Assembly: GCA_951406725.2 (NCBI GenBank)
Contig: OX597817.1
Span: 79,608,001-79,672,000, forward strand
Direction of reading: 5' to 3'
Length of the DNA: 64,000 bases
DNA from: Octopus vulgaris
Lineage: Eukaryota
This document shows positions 1 to 12,056 of the stretch, piece by piece. The position numbers were made by a program, and so were the translations under genes. How positions within the stretch are numbered: the first letter of the stretch is position 1; every line of letters begins with the position of its first letter. The notes below the pieces were generated by a model. The model worked only from the letters and a program-made list of their open reading frames with translations, had not been told where the DNA came from and did not search any database.

Positions 1-144
1 ATAATCTTAGCTAATGTTCCTTTATAGAGTATTTTGTCTCAATTGTGACACATATGAGATTTTACCAATCACTCATGTTGTTGTTGTTGTTGTTGTTGCC
101 ATTATTCTTCTCCTTCTTCTTCTTCTCCTCTTTCTTCTTCAGCT

Positions 145-335
145 GTTGGTCAACTCTGATCAACCCCTATCTATCAGTAAAAGCCACCTAAGCTCCAATC
201 ATCCCAGCAGATAACAAATGTAGGATTGCATTATTCAATGTATCCTTCTCTTTTTTACGGCTGCGGTTTTTAAAGGAAGTTTAGCCGCTATTTCTAGCAG
301 ACCGGCAGATCATGTATAGGTCTTTCCATTGCCTT
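145..335. repeat. Old degenerate dispersed repeat; related fragments at ~650-760, 1640-1820, 3030-3370, 17300-17480, 31090-31245 and 53820-53965
   Basis: Recurring degenerate blocks resembling ggtca(a/g)ccctgatc..cagacc..tgatcaaa..attcc and tt(a/g)gc(c/t)gctatttctagca, found in both orientations. Recognised by eye; family unknown. Confidence 0.5.
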
Positions 336-3224
336 GACATACAATAAGGAACTGAGAACATAGATAATGTGTTCCATATGATATTACCTCACAAAAGCAC
401 ATCATTAGTCTTCTGGCATCATGATGTCTCATCATCATCATCATCATCATCATCATTTATTTTGGGGATTTCACTATTTGTGACATGAAGAATTCATCTC
501 AGCTTTTGAAGTTATGATGCCATCAAAAATTTTTAATGCAATATAGTATTAAGAATTGGGTGTACCCATTCCGTGACAGTTCTTTAATCTCTGCGAACCC
601 ATTTGTCGTTGTTTTTGTTGCTGTTGTTGCTGATGTTACTGCTGCTACTGTTGTTGGTCAACCCTGATCTAGCAGACCAGTAATCAAATAGCATTCCTGC
701 CATGCCCATCCCGACGTTTGTTTTCTGACATAGCCTGTGTGTCTAAGATTTAATATGTTGCTAAATGTATTATTTATATTAAGCAAGTAGTGTCTAGCAT
801 GAACTGAATGCAGTTTGCAGTAAATGTTAAGCCTTCAAAAATCATTATCTGCAATATTTACAGCGAAGATCTGAAACGATCCTAAGTACATTCTGACAAA
901 TTTCAATGCAGTATGTTAATCGCTGTTGTGTACGTCACAGAAGAACAACTCCTTTCTCTTAAGACGTCAATGTATTCATAACACACTCGGATTATTGGCG
1001 CAAGAGATTTTGGGACATCAGTGTTTCGACATCTGGTATCTCATTAGTCAGAATTATCCGGATCCCTTTAAGCCGAAACAAACCACTGGTTCTGCTTAGA
1101 ATTTTAGTGAATAAATGGTTTTCTGATCAATGCTAATATCTGCCAATCGATTAAAAATCATTATTTTCGCTGTATATAGCAAGATCTGAAACAAACACAT
1201 GACACATAGATCGAAAACGAACATATTGTCGAGGTAAAAGGGAGAAGTTGTTCTGTGACTTATACAACAATGACTAGCATATTTACATTAGAGAGTCTAT
1301 AGGAACGTATTAAAAATAAATATGCCAATCATCGTTTCAACAGAACAACGACGTAAGCAAGAAAATAATTCTAGAGATTTTTTTCTTTTTTGGCAGCAAT
1401 GAGAGATTACATTATTTAGAATGGGACTTGTGGATGTGGCAAAGTTGAAATAAGATGTGATATGTGTATATCCCGTGGACTTTGTAGGTGGAGCACAATT
1501 TGATAGTTGAGAAATGAGGAGAAACATTGTAGCAATGGTAAAAAAGTCGATGAGAGGTTAAATTAAGTATGTGTTTTAGTGGTTGCTTGGCTATTGTCCT
1601 CGCCATCGCTGTTATCGTTTACTTCAGGTCATCTGCGTTAATGAGAAGGTATGTTCTCAAACAGTATTGTATCTTTGACGATTCCATCGTTTTAGGGGAT
1701 CCGAGTACTACATTGTTGAAAGCATCACTTTCTTTTTTAATAAAGAAGGGTGTGACACGAGTAGATTTGACTGCTATTTATGGTGGATCTAGGGACCATC
1801 TAGAGACTCCTTCAGTGGCTCGAAGGTTACTAGTTGTAATGAGTTGAGTAGTTCTTAAGCAATTATCATATTTGTCTATGCATCATATAATTGTATATAA
1901 CATCAGAATACATCTCTAGTTTACGGAGCAGTACTCTAATCCGACTCACTATTTGGCCTTGTAGAGAGTTTGCAACTAAAGCCTGTTTTTGACCCTAAGG
2001 AAATTCCTCCCTAAAATATTCCTCACTTCCTTCTTAAAGTTTCAGATAATTTCATCTTCCTGGGGGATAGAGATCAATTTTGTTTCACCTTGCCAAATTT
2101 CCCTTGGGAGCCCTGCTTACTAACGAGAATATAATGAGTGACCTGGAGTAATGGCTGTTGTATCCAAAGATAATAGTGCGGTTCCAATAATGGGTTTGTT
2201 TACTGTGGAATTTTTAACCAACGGTGCTGCATTACATTGGTTAAGGTATGACCCAACCCAGTCAGCAATATCGGAGGATAAAGTAGTAAGGAAACACAAC
2301 GATGAACCAGTGAATCACGCGTTATGAGAACGTATCGCCTACAGGAAGATGCTATCCGGTAACAAAAGCCAACAGTGGTCAAAAATGTATACTCGAGTCA
2401 AACCAAATTAAAAATGAATATGTTATTTGGATTTTCATTGTTCTGTGGCTACCCTTTGATTTACAATATATTTTGTATACATTCGTACACATCAGCAGAC
2501 AATTTGTTGTAAATGTCTATAAACAAGAACTTGTGTTCTTGTAAGATTCTTCAGTCTGGCTTTGGATAAACTTTAACCGAAAATACTCACAATGAGGTCG
2601 AAACACTGCGATGTCTCAAAGAACATATATTGCCTAAATGGTACAGATGTTCTCTGATAGCGATACACACAATATGTGCAAAATACCCAGTGTCTTGAAC
2701 TTCCCTTACACCAGTGAATGATGAATCACATGTGCTATGAACACACATCGCCTAAAGTGTGGAACAGTTCTCCATTGGCGTAAACAATAACGATTAGATA
2801 TTCATGTTCAAGTCCATCAGAAATATTAACAATGAATAGATATGATAATAATGATAAAAACAGCATACAGAATACATCTCCAGAAGGATATTATAATGAG
2901 GACAGGTTAAATATTTAAGATAACTATAATTATGGTAGAGGGGATGATGATGAGAGAAATAAATATGATGAGTAATGCGCAATAGGAAAAGAAGAAAGAT
3001 AATACTCTTGGATTGTGGCTGTTGCTGTTGTTTAATTTTAAATCACATCTTATTGAATATATCTATGATCAAAGATATTCAAAACTGGAATATCTTTTAT
3101 TATTTGAAACAAAATTCTCGTTAAGTCTACAAGTTTATGGCGGAGAGCATTAAAAAGCTACCAAAAAGAAAGTAAGCAACAATGCAACAAACCTAACATT
3201 ATTTAATTTTATTTCAGTAGATAA

Positions 3225-3263
3225 CTCTGAAATGTTTTGGCCTTATGATGATCTCATCAGGGA
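3225..3263 (-). ncRNA. Degenerate minimal hammerhead ribozyme remnant (Penelope pLTR-like)
   Basis: Minus strand reads cc-CTGATGA-gatc-atcataa-ggcc-AAAA-catt-TC-agag. CUGAUGA is intact; GAAA and the stems carry mismatches. Confidence 0.4.
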
Positions 3264-3652
3264 ATATATTAGTTAACATGCACTAGCTATATTTAGTTTA
3301 GCAGGATGTTATTTGAGGGATATTGGTATTTTTCTAGCAATTTGAGGAACCATATAGCAGTTGGCCTTGCGATAAAGCAATTGATGATAATCTAAGCTGT
3401 AGTACTGGAGATAATCTCGACAAATACGATGATGATAGCGGTAGTTGGTGGCGGCGGCAGCGGTTGTAGTTGTAGTGGTGGTAGTGGTGGTGGTGGTAGT
3501 GGCGGTGGTGGCGGTGGTTGCAGTGGTGATTATGACGAGGAGTCGGAGGAGAATGGTATTAATGATGATGATTAGCTGTATAAGGGAAAAATAAAGACCT
3601 TCCTGTTTTTACCGAAAACGTAAGAAAAGAAAAAAAAAGAGATAAAAATACA

Positions 3653-3709
<57 letters not shown>

Positions 3710-4698
3710 TGTATGTGTGTATGGATGGATGGATGTATATATGTGTATGTGAGTAAGAATAAAATAGAAAAAAATTAAGTTTCAAAATAAGAAGCAACAA
3801 AAAGTAAAAACAAACATTTAAATAACATGAAGAAGGGAAAAAAGAAAAAAAAAAACAAACAAAAGATACTGACGACAACAACACAAAACATTAGCTAAAT
3901 AAAAATAATTGGTTTGTACAATAAAACCGAAATTAATTAACCAGAATATAAAAAGAGTTAACAAGGCGCTAAAAAAATATGAATAATGAATAAATAAATA
4001 GATAAATAAATAAACAAATAAAAATAAACGAAACAAACTTCTGCATTTATTTTATATTTTAATTATATTTATTTTATAATTTTATTTATTTACTTTTGGG
4101 GGGTGTTTTTATCTTTTTAGGTCTTTTTTGCTTTTATTAATTTTTTTTTCTTTTCCATTTTATTCTTTAATTCTTTGCCGCCGCTGTTGGTCTACCGCTC
4201 TATACGGTACCATCACACCACCATCATACACACATACAAACACTTCCCGAATCTTCTAGATACTCCAGCTACTTGTAATAATTTTTTTCTTTTTTCTTCC
4301 TTCATTTTTTTTTTTACTTCTTGCTTCTTGTTTATTTTTTTTTTACTCTCGGAGTTTCTTCAATTTCAAACTTCTTTTTTCACCGTATTCATCTTGACGT
4401 TTTTGTTTTCCTCCCCCCCCCCCCGCAGTCCTCTTCCTTATACTCTTACACGTTTACTATTCGACCCACCACTTCTCTGCTGCTTCTTCGTACTTCGGCA
4501 GGTGCTGCTGATACTGCTTTATACTGCAGTTGTTGGCGTTGCAGTTGTGAACATTCTCTTTGCAATCCATCCTTAACATACAAGCTAATAAAACACATTA
4601 GTTGCGAAACTAAATATTTAACGAGTTGAGTAAACACAAATAATATGGTTATGTAGGAGTATGTATGTGTGTGTATGCGTGTGTGAGTGTGTGTATGC

Positions 4699-4738
<40 letters not shown>

Positions 4739-4791
4739 TGGTATGTAGTAATCCATGTATATATAGGAACATGAATATGCACACATATGCT

Positions 4792-4857
<66 letters not shown>

Positions 4858-4929
4858 ATAAATTTAGGCTCAATACTTGATAAGTGTATGCACCTGTATA
4901 CGCCAGCTAGTAGCAGAGGTGAGAGGGTA

Positions 4930-5283
4930 TATGTATCAAATGAAATCAAAAACAGAACACAAAGGATGTCGCGGTAATTTATGTTGACTGGGGATACGGT
5001 ATGGACAGATTTTCGAAGTCCAATGATACCCTACACACCTATTTGGTTATGAAGGTTTACAAACATACTTTCTCAGTGAGACTCAATATAACAATCATTA
5101 TGGGCAACACCAAATGTACCTTTCATAATGTGATGTAAATCTTTGGTATAACAATTTCATGCGGCTGAAGAGAGCTTTAAACCATCCTTTATGTCGATTA
5201 TAGACTGATGTGAAAATAGGACGTTTATAAAGCTTGAAACACGTGTACCGCGACATCCTTTATGTTCTGTTTTTGATTTCATT

Positions 5284-5287
<4 letters not shown>
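4930..5287 (+). mobile_element. Short non-coding Penelope-like (pLTR-type) element with ~45-bp terminal inverted repeat and a hammerhead ribozyme
   Basis: tcaaatgaaatcaaaaacagaacacaaaggatgtcgcggta (~4936-4976) is the near-perfect reverse complement of taccgcgacatcctttatgttctgtttttgatttcatttga (5246-5286). It contains a hammerhead motif and abuts a long (TA)n tract. Confidence 0.7.
5161..5251 (+). ncRNA. Type I hammerhead ribozyme with palindromic stem III
   Basis: Stem I gcgg (5161-5164)/ccgc (5248-5251); core CTGAAGA 5165-5171; stem II gagcttta (5172-5179)/taaagctt (5228-5235); GAAA 5236-5239; palindrome ACACGTGT; GUA cleavage triplet ending at 5247. Confidence 0.85.
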
Positions 5288-5363
<76 letters not shown>

Positions 5364-5638
5364 GTATATATATATATATATACATATATATACATATATA
5401 TATATACGTGTATATATATATATACATACATACATATATATATATACATACATATATATATATATATATACATACATATATATATATATATACCTACATA
5501 TATATATATATATATATATACCTACATATATATATATACATACATATATACATATATATATACATATATATACATATATATATATATATATACATATATA
5601 TACATATATATATACATATATATATATATACACAAATA

Positions 5639-5670
<32 letters not shown>

Positions 5671-5757
5671 CATATATACATAATATATATACATATATAC
5701 ATATATACATACATATATACATACATATATACAAATACATATATATACATACATATA

Positions 5758-5788
<31 letters not shown>

Positions 5789-5790
5789 AC
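5287..5790. repeat. Long (TA)n/(TACA)n microsatellite
   Basis: About 500 bp of TA/TACA repeats. Similar tracts occur at 3661-3706, 4660-4856, 6020-6238, 35480-35652, 39940-40350, 54245-54460 and 59614-60046. Confidence 0.98.
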
Positions 5791-6020
5791 TCTTTACTCT
5801 TTTTCTCTCTTTTTACTTGTTTCAGTCATCTGACTGCGGCCATGCTGGAGCACCGCCTTTAGTCGAGCAACTTGACCCCGGGACTTATTCTTTGTAAGCC
5901 CAGTACTTATTCTATCGGTCTCTTTTGCCGAACCGCTAAGTGACGGGGACGTAAACACACCAGCATCAGTTGTCAAGCAATGCTAGGGGAACAAACACAG
6001 ACACACAAACATATTCACAC
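5789..6020 (-). mobile_element. SINE family B, 3' half only
   Basis: Reverse complement of the 3' half of the 15249-15622 element (gcttgacaac..cttagcggttcggcaaaagagaccgatag..ggcggtgctccagcatggccgcagtc..gaaacaagtaaaa). Confidence 0.85.
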
Positions 6021-6071
6021 ACACTTATATATATATACATATATACAACATATATACATACATATATATAT

Positions 6072-6102
<31 letters not shown>

Positions 6103-6822
6103 CATATATACATACATATATACATACATATATACATATATACATACATATATATATATATATACATATATACATACATATATATATATATATACATACA
6201 TATATATATATACATATATACATACATATATATATATGTAATTAAAATATTAAATTTAGAAAAATTAAAAGAAAAGTTTTTTTAAAAGAATATTTATATA
6301 GTGGCATTTTCCTTGTTTCTGCCTTTCTCTGTCTCTCTTGTTTACTCTTGTGGGTTCAAGGTCCATGTGAATTCTTGGTAGGGAAGAAGAAGGAGGAGGA
6401 GGAGGGGAGAAGGGGAGGAAGAATTTGGGATTGCCTTGATGGTCGTTGGTCAGTGGTTGCTAGCAGTTACTGTTGTTCAATTCATGAGAATATTTCTATT
6501 GAAAGGTTTGTTTATAGAATTTGCGTAGGTGTTATACTAAAAAGCATTAGTGATAAAGTCAGGAAGAAGAAGAAGAAGAAGAAGAAGAAGAAGAAGAAGA
6601 AGAAGAAGAAGAAGAAGAAGAAGAAGATGATGATGATGATGATGATGATGATGACGATGATGATAATGAAGAAGAAGAAGAGGAAAGAGAAGGGAGAATA
6701 TGAATGCGTGGAAGTTGTGGAATGTTGGATGACTTAAAGTTGGCACGTTGTGGGTTATAGCTGTGATTGGGGCTGATTTGTAATGGATTCTTAGGAATGT
6801 AATATTTGCCTGTGTATCTGTG

Positions 6823-8590
6823 TTATTCTAAAGCTGAGGTGGATATATCGTTTGTCGTAGATTCGTTCAGAAGGGGCCTGTATTTTGTAGTAAAGAGAGT
6901 TTCTTTACTTATTCGTTGGATCGAGGTTGTATCGTCCCTGAACTGGTAGAGGGGGAAAATCCTGAAGCTTGGAGTTTTGTCGTTGGCGCAAATATCTATG
7001 TGTTGGCTGAATGCTATTTTTCTGTTTTGGGGAATTTTTATCTGGGATCTGTGCAGGGCCATTCTTTTACGTAAACTATTTTTTGTTTGGCCTATGTATT
7101 GCTCTTGACACCCAGAGTAGGTTAGTGTGTATATCAGGTTCTCCGAAGCACATGTGAAGTTGCTTTTCACTGTGAACCGTTGTCCTTGTTTGAAGGAGAA
7201 CTCTGATCCCTCAATTAGATAATTGCATATCCCGCAATTGGGTCATCCACATTTTTTTACTGTCGGCTTCTGTGTTGATGAGTGAATTCGGGCTTGTGTT
7301 AGGAAACTTTTCATAGATTTAGGCTGTCTCTTGCTTTTTATGATCGTGTGTGTTTGGAGGATTAAGTTCATTCTGTGGTTTTTTTGTAGCAGGGGTATGT
7401 TTTGGAGGATGGTGTCGAAGGCTTCATTGTTGAGAGGGTTGTGTTTGGAGATGTATGGTAAGGCTTTTGGTCGTAAATTTTTCTTTAATTTGGGATGTCT
7501 GAGTTCCTAGATGTTGAGTTGAAGGGCACGTTGAATGCATATGTCAATTAGTGAAGGTAGGTAGTTCCTGGTGATGAGGGTATCTTTTAGTTCATGTAGT
7601 CGTGTGTCTCTGGTGTTTGCATTAGAAACTATAGTACATATCCTTTTTGTAGATTGAAGGGGATATTCATTCTGGTGTGTCTGGGGTGGCATGAATTGAA
7701 AGGAAGATATTGCTTAGAATCCGTAGGCTTGTAGTATATATCTGTTTCTATTACATTATTAGATTTCTTAATGAGGATGTCGAGGAAGAGGAGTTGTTGC
7801 TGGCTATATTCCATCGTGAATTGGATGTTTACGTCCAGTCCATTTAAAATTGCTTGGAATTCTTTGAGTTTCTCTATATTTTCATGCCAAAGAATGAAAC
7901 AGTCATCTAGGTATCTCTTCAAGTTGTTTTCTATGAAGAGGGAGAAAGGGCTGCCATATCTTTCTAGAACCTTACGATAAAGACTGATTTCTAGATACCC
8001 CATGACTAGGTTGGCAAAGGAGGGGGCCATTCGCAGTCCCCGATTTTTGTCGGTAGAATTTGTCTTTGAAGGTGAAGTAGTTATTTTCCAGGATGAATTT
8101 AACCCCTTCTATCACGAATTCTTTTTTTGATGTGACGTGGGAGTTCGTTGGCGTGATTCTCTAGCCAGAATTGAATTGCCTCTATTCCTAGGTTGTGGGG
8201 GATATTGGAATAGAGGTTGACTACATCGAAGGATACTAGTAGGGTGTTTTTGTTTATAGTATTAGGCAGGTGATTGAGCATATCCAGGTCGTCCCTTATA
8301 TAGCTTTTGACATGTTTGAGGAGTGGTTTTAAGAGGGTATCTAAAAAGTTACTCAGGCGGTGGGTTTCGCATACGGGACCTGCTATTATAGGTCTCAATT
8401 TGAGGTCATTAGGATTAGGAACTTTAATTATTTTGTCTGTGGTTATCTTGCATGCGTTACTTATTTTCTCACTTTTGTGTATCTTGGGAATACCTTAGAA
8501 TTGGCTAGTTTTACTTGGGAAATTGGTCATATAGTCATATTCTTTGTCGGTGAGCCCTTCTTTGTATGGGGCTAACATGGATTTTAGATC
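6823..8590 (-). pseudogene. Decayed PLE reverse transcriptase / GIY-YIG endonuclease
   Basis: RT motifs RPIIAG, LVSFDVVNLYSNIP, APSFANLVMGYLE, RYLDDCF, FLDILI and DIYYKPTDSKQYL; linker knuckle KKCG*PNCGIC; endonuclease NLIY..(Y)SGC.EQYIGQT...LRKRMALH...SQH...E. Split across frames, with stops. Confidence 0.93.
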
Positions 8591-9045
8591 CCTCATTATT
8601 TTTTGTTGACTGTAGTTTTCATCTTCTTCTTCTTCTTTTTCTTCTTCTTCTTCTTCTTCTTCTTCTTCTTCTTCTCCCCCCTCTTCTTCCTAACTTTATC
8701 ACTAATGCTTTTTAGTATAACACCTACGCAAATTCTATAAACAAACCTTTCAATAGAAATATTTTCATGAACTGAACAGCAGGAACTGCTAACAACCACT
8801 GACCAACGACAATCAAGGCAATCCCAAATTCTTCTTCCCCTTCTCCCCTCCTCCTCCTTCTTCTTCTTCTTCTTCTTCTCCTTCCCTACCAAGAATTCAC
8901 ATGGACCTTGAACCCACAAGAGTAAACAAGAGAGACAGAGAAAGGCAGAAACAAGGAAAATGCCTCTTATATTTGAACACTATATAAATATTCTTTTAAA
9001 AAAACTTTTCTTTTAAATTTTCTAAATTTAATTTTTTAATTGTTA

Positions 9046-9082
9046 CAGTTGAAAAGGTCTCAAATGACCGAAACCGGTACTG
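9046..9082 (+). ncRNA. Minimal hammerhead-like motif with variant core in the PLE pLTR
   Basis: cag-TTGAAAA-ggtc-tcaaat-gacc-GAAA-ccgg-TA-ctg. Stems I and II, the palindrome ACCGGT and the GUA site are intact; the core is UUGAAAA rather than CUGANGA. Confidence 0.7.
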
Positions 9083-9130
9083 AAATGTTCTTTATAAAAT
9101 TATTTTAGCATTTTCTATCTTGACTTGTTT

Positions 9131-9172
<42 letters not shown>

Positions 9173-9540
9173 TTCTTTGGTTCTCTGACACGTTTCCAAT
9201 AGTCTCGCTCTCTACAGTAATGCTGCACTAACATGGATAATTTGAATAACAATTTTGCATGATGACTCCATGATCGTACTTCATTTGACATGAGTCAGTC
9301 AGTAGAGAGTAGTCTGGCTTAAATCTCATCACCATCGTAATTTATACATCATTACATAAAGTACAAAGAACTTCTTATCTCCTGTAATGTACCAGACTAC
9401 AACTACAGACAAATATCACCATTTATCGCATATGCAGCGATGATAAACTATTGTCATTTATGTAATATTGCTTACAGTTTGAATCACTAGAGCTAAAAAT
9501 ATACATGTACCTATATTTTAACACAACAGCTTATCTTCAG

Positions 9541-9702
9541 GAGTCGAAATCAAGTTAACTGATCGCTGAGGTAGTGTGTTTTATCGATGCTGGATAAATA
9601 GAACAACATTCACTCACACGGATGGTATCTAGAGGAACAATACAAGGAGCACACTGCTAACAACCTCAAGAAGTGGTATACCGAACGTATGCACACTCTC
9701 AG
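9541..9702 (+). other. Candidate non-coding exon
   Basis: Acceptor cttatcttcag| at 9540 and consensus donor CAG|gtaagt at 9702 bracket 162 bp. All three frames have stops. Motif evidence only. Confidence 0.2.
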
Positions 9703-12056
9703 GTAAGTCTGCATGTCTGCATAAACTCTACCCTCCTGTCACGATTTATCAGGACTCTCAGTGATCCATAATACTTATAATTGTATGTATGTATACATGC
9801 AATTTTGTATGTGTGTGTGTATGAGTGTGTGTTTGTAGTGCGTTCGAGAACGCTAAGGCCAGCGTGATATAGATATTCATGGAATTGTGCTCACATAAAT
9901 GAGAACTTATATTGAAGCTTCTTCATCTTGGCAGTAACTTCATGGGTATAATGCTAGCTATAAGAACGATCCTCGACCAGCGGTTATGCAAGTGAAAAGG
10001 CAGATAAACACAAGTAGACTTAATTAGTATATATATATGGAGTGCAGCATGTAGTATACGAAATAAAAAACGGCAAAATAAACGAAATTAGATGATCCTT
10101 TTATTCTGAAAGTTGTCGTGGGTGAATTCTGACTTTTTCCATAGCTACGTTCATTACATGATAAGGACTCACAATGTCGGAGGTGTTAGAAATAACTCAA
10201 ATTCGTATGAATCTGTTAGACCAGGCTAAGCAAACCTCATTGGAAGAAGGTGGCTAACAGCTTTTATACATATATAGCAAAGGTTTCAAAACTCATGTTG
10301 TTTTCTCCTTGAAACAGGAAGAAATTCTAGGAGGCTGTTATTTACATATGAAATACATAGTCTCTTTCATAAAAAGCGCAAGCATTTCCGTTCTTGTGTT
10401 CAGACCGTTTGTGCCTAGAACCAAAATTCTCAATGTTTCGCTTATTCTATATTTGAAGCTACCATTTCTGTATGACTCTGTCTTATCTACAATCAACCAG
10501 GTATTTTTAAGTTCAGGACGATATGTCTCACATAAGAACCATATAAATTTCAACAAATCTATAGCATATTCTTTTATAAGGGCTGAAAAATGTATGTTTG
10601 GGCTTATAGGATCGATTTTTAAACGTTAATTCTGTTGCCCTAGTATATATTTTAACCTCATCTCAGTTACTTATTCCCACTTTAGTGCTTTACATTATTG
10701 AATTTGCCTAACAGTTACCATCAAGTGGGCAGCTCTCATTGATTCTAAAGTTACATGACCGTTAGTGACATGCTGCCTGCCTCTTCTTTTCATTCAACTG
10801 ATATAATAAGCGAAATTCTAACAAGTCGAATAATTAACCTTAAAACATTTCCTATTTAATATCTTTCTATACTTTTGCCATAGCGGAAAATGACTACCTT
10901 TTAAGTTAAGAAGTTCCTAGCTACATTAGTTCTGTATACTAGATCACATATTGGATGGTAACAAAATGTTCCTTTTTTCTTTTCTTACGCTGTGCTTCCT
11001 TTTTTTTTCTTTTTACGTACCTAATCTTATCCGAGAGCCCGCTATTTCATAGCGCTTCATTATAATATCCAACTGTTCTCAAATAATAATCTTCATCGAA
11101 AGATATCAAAGATATTGGTTTACTAACGTTGCCAACCAAGTTCTTCAAGATACATGATAGGTGATGCGATAGTCCCCTGTACGTACATTAAATTCTCATT
11201 TACTATGTCGAATGGTTTCAAACTCTCATTTTACAGTTTCATGTGCTGTGTGTGTGTGTGCATTGATTTTGGCATTGTATTGCAGTATGAGTATGGATTG
11301 CATAATTAATTTTTACGTGTGGATACTGACATTAACGTTCAATGGTCAAAAATTTGACCGCAACAAACAAATCAACACGTGACTCCAGAGGTATGGTGCT
11401 AACGGTCAGAAAACCTTTTGCGGGAAAGTCTACACGAATTCAAACTGCATAAAAAAACTACACAAACGGTCTATAGATTCAATTCTTGAAAATTAGTCTT
11501 TGAAAGTCTGGAAACATCGAATATAATTTAGGAACATCATTGTTCCAAATCAACTTAAAAAGATTAAAAATATTAAGATGTAAAATATTAAAGATAAAAC
11601 TTGAGTACCGTCATATATTTAATGAAGTATGTATAAGTATGTATAAAAGCGTTTTGTCCCTTTCATATGTACACATACATACATGCACATATAATCCATA
11701 TACAGATACAAGACTGGATTTAAACCAATGGGGCCCGGGGCACTTCAAGTTTGGTGGACCATTCATATACAAGAATTAAGATCTTGGAAAATTACCAAAT
11801 TTGTATCTCAAAACCCATCTATTTCATGTAATTGAATTGGATGAATTAGCAGAGAAAGTTTAAATAATGATTGAAATGTCGCTTCTAGGTACACTTTTCA
11901 AAATTCAAAATTTCGATTTTCTCACATGCATTTGCAGCATTTGACTTTTCTTTCATTGTGAAAAGTACAAAGAAGTGGGGAAGAGTTACAAAAGAGTTAA
12001 TGCGAGTTGGAAATGTTTCAGAATGTGAAATAACGTGACAGAAAATTACGAAATAA

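Larger units (their letters stand above)
6238..9134 (-). mobile_element. Penelope-like retroelement (Neptune/Naiad-type), 5'-truncated, with inverted pseudo-LTR, flanked by (TA)n on both sides
   Basis: Frameshifted RT-GIY-YIG ORF on the minus strand. 6238-~6590 and ~8680-9043 are inverted copies; both give the MWVQGPCEFLVGK...VILKSISDKVRKK translation on opposite strands in the ORF track. Inverted pLTRs are an established PLE hallmark. Confidence 0.93.

Noticed and set aside
4446-4620. Minus-strand ORF segment KDGLQRECSQLQRQQLQYKAVSAAPAEVRRSSREVVGRIVNV* as a terminal exon
   Set aside because: No convincing acceptor and no recognisable domain; the ORF start lies in a microsatellite. It may be UTR.
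5157-6285. Long YI/IY/VC/TH-rich ORFs here and throughout the ORF track
   Set aside because: They are translations of (TA)n, (TG)n and (CA)n microsatellites that happen to lack stops.
7243-7245. In-frame TGA in the PLE zinc knuckle as selenocysteine (Sec is reported in some Naiad PLEs)
   Set aside because: It falls in CG*PNC at a non-Cys position, best explained as CGA(Arg)-to-TGA CpG decay in a copy that has other frameshifts. No SECIS was identified.
6348-8919. Paired MWVQGPCEFLVGK ORFs as duplicated genes
   Set aside because: They are antisense readings of the two inverted pLTR arms, extended by microsatellites.
10309-10629. ORFs at 10309-10629, 17688-18062, 29132-29564 and 45519-45965, and decayed-looking sequence at 56400-57170
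   Set aside because: No recognisable motifs or splice structure. Possibly very old TE remnants, but not supportable without a search.
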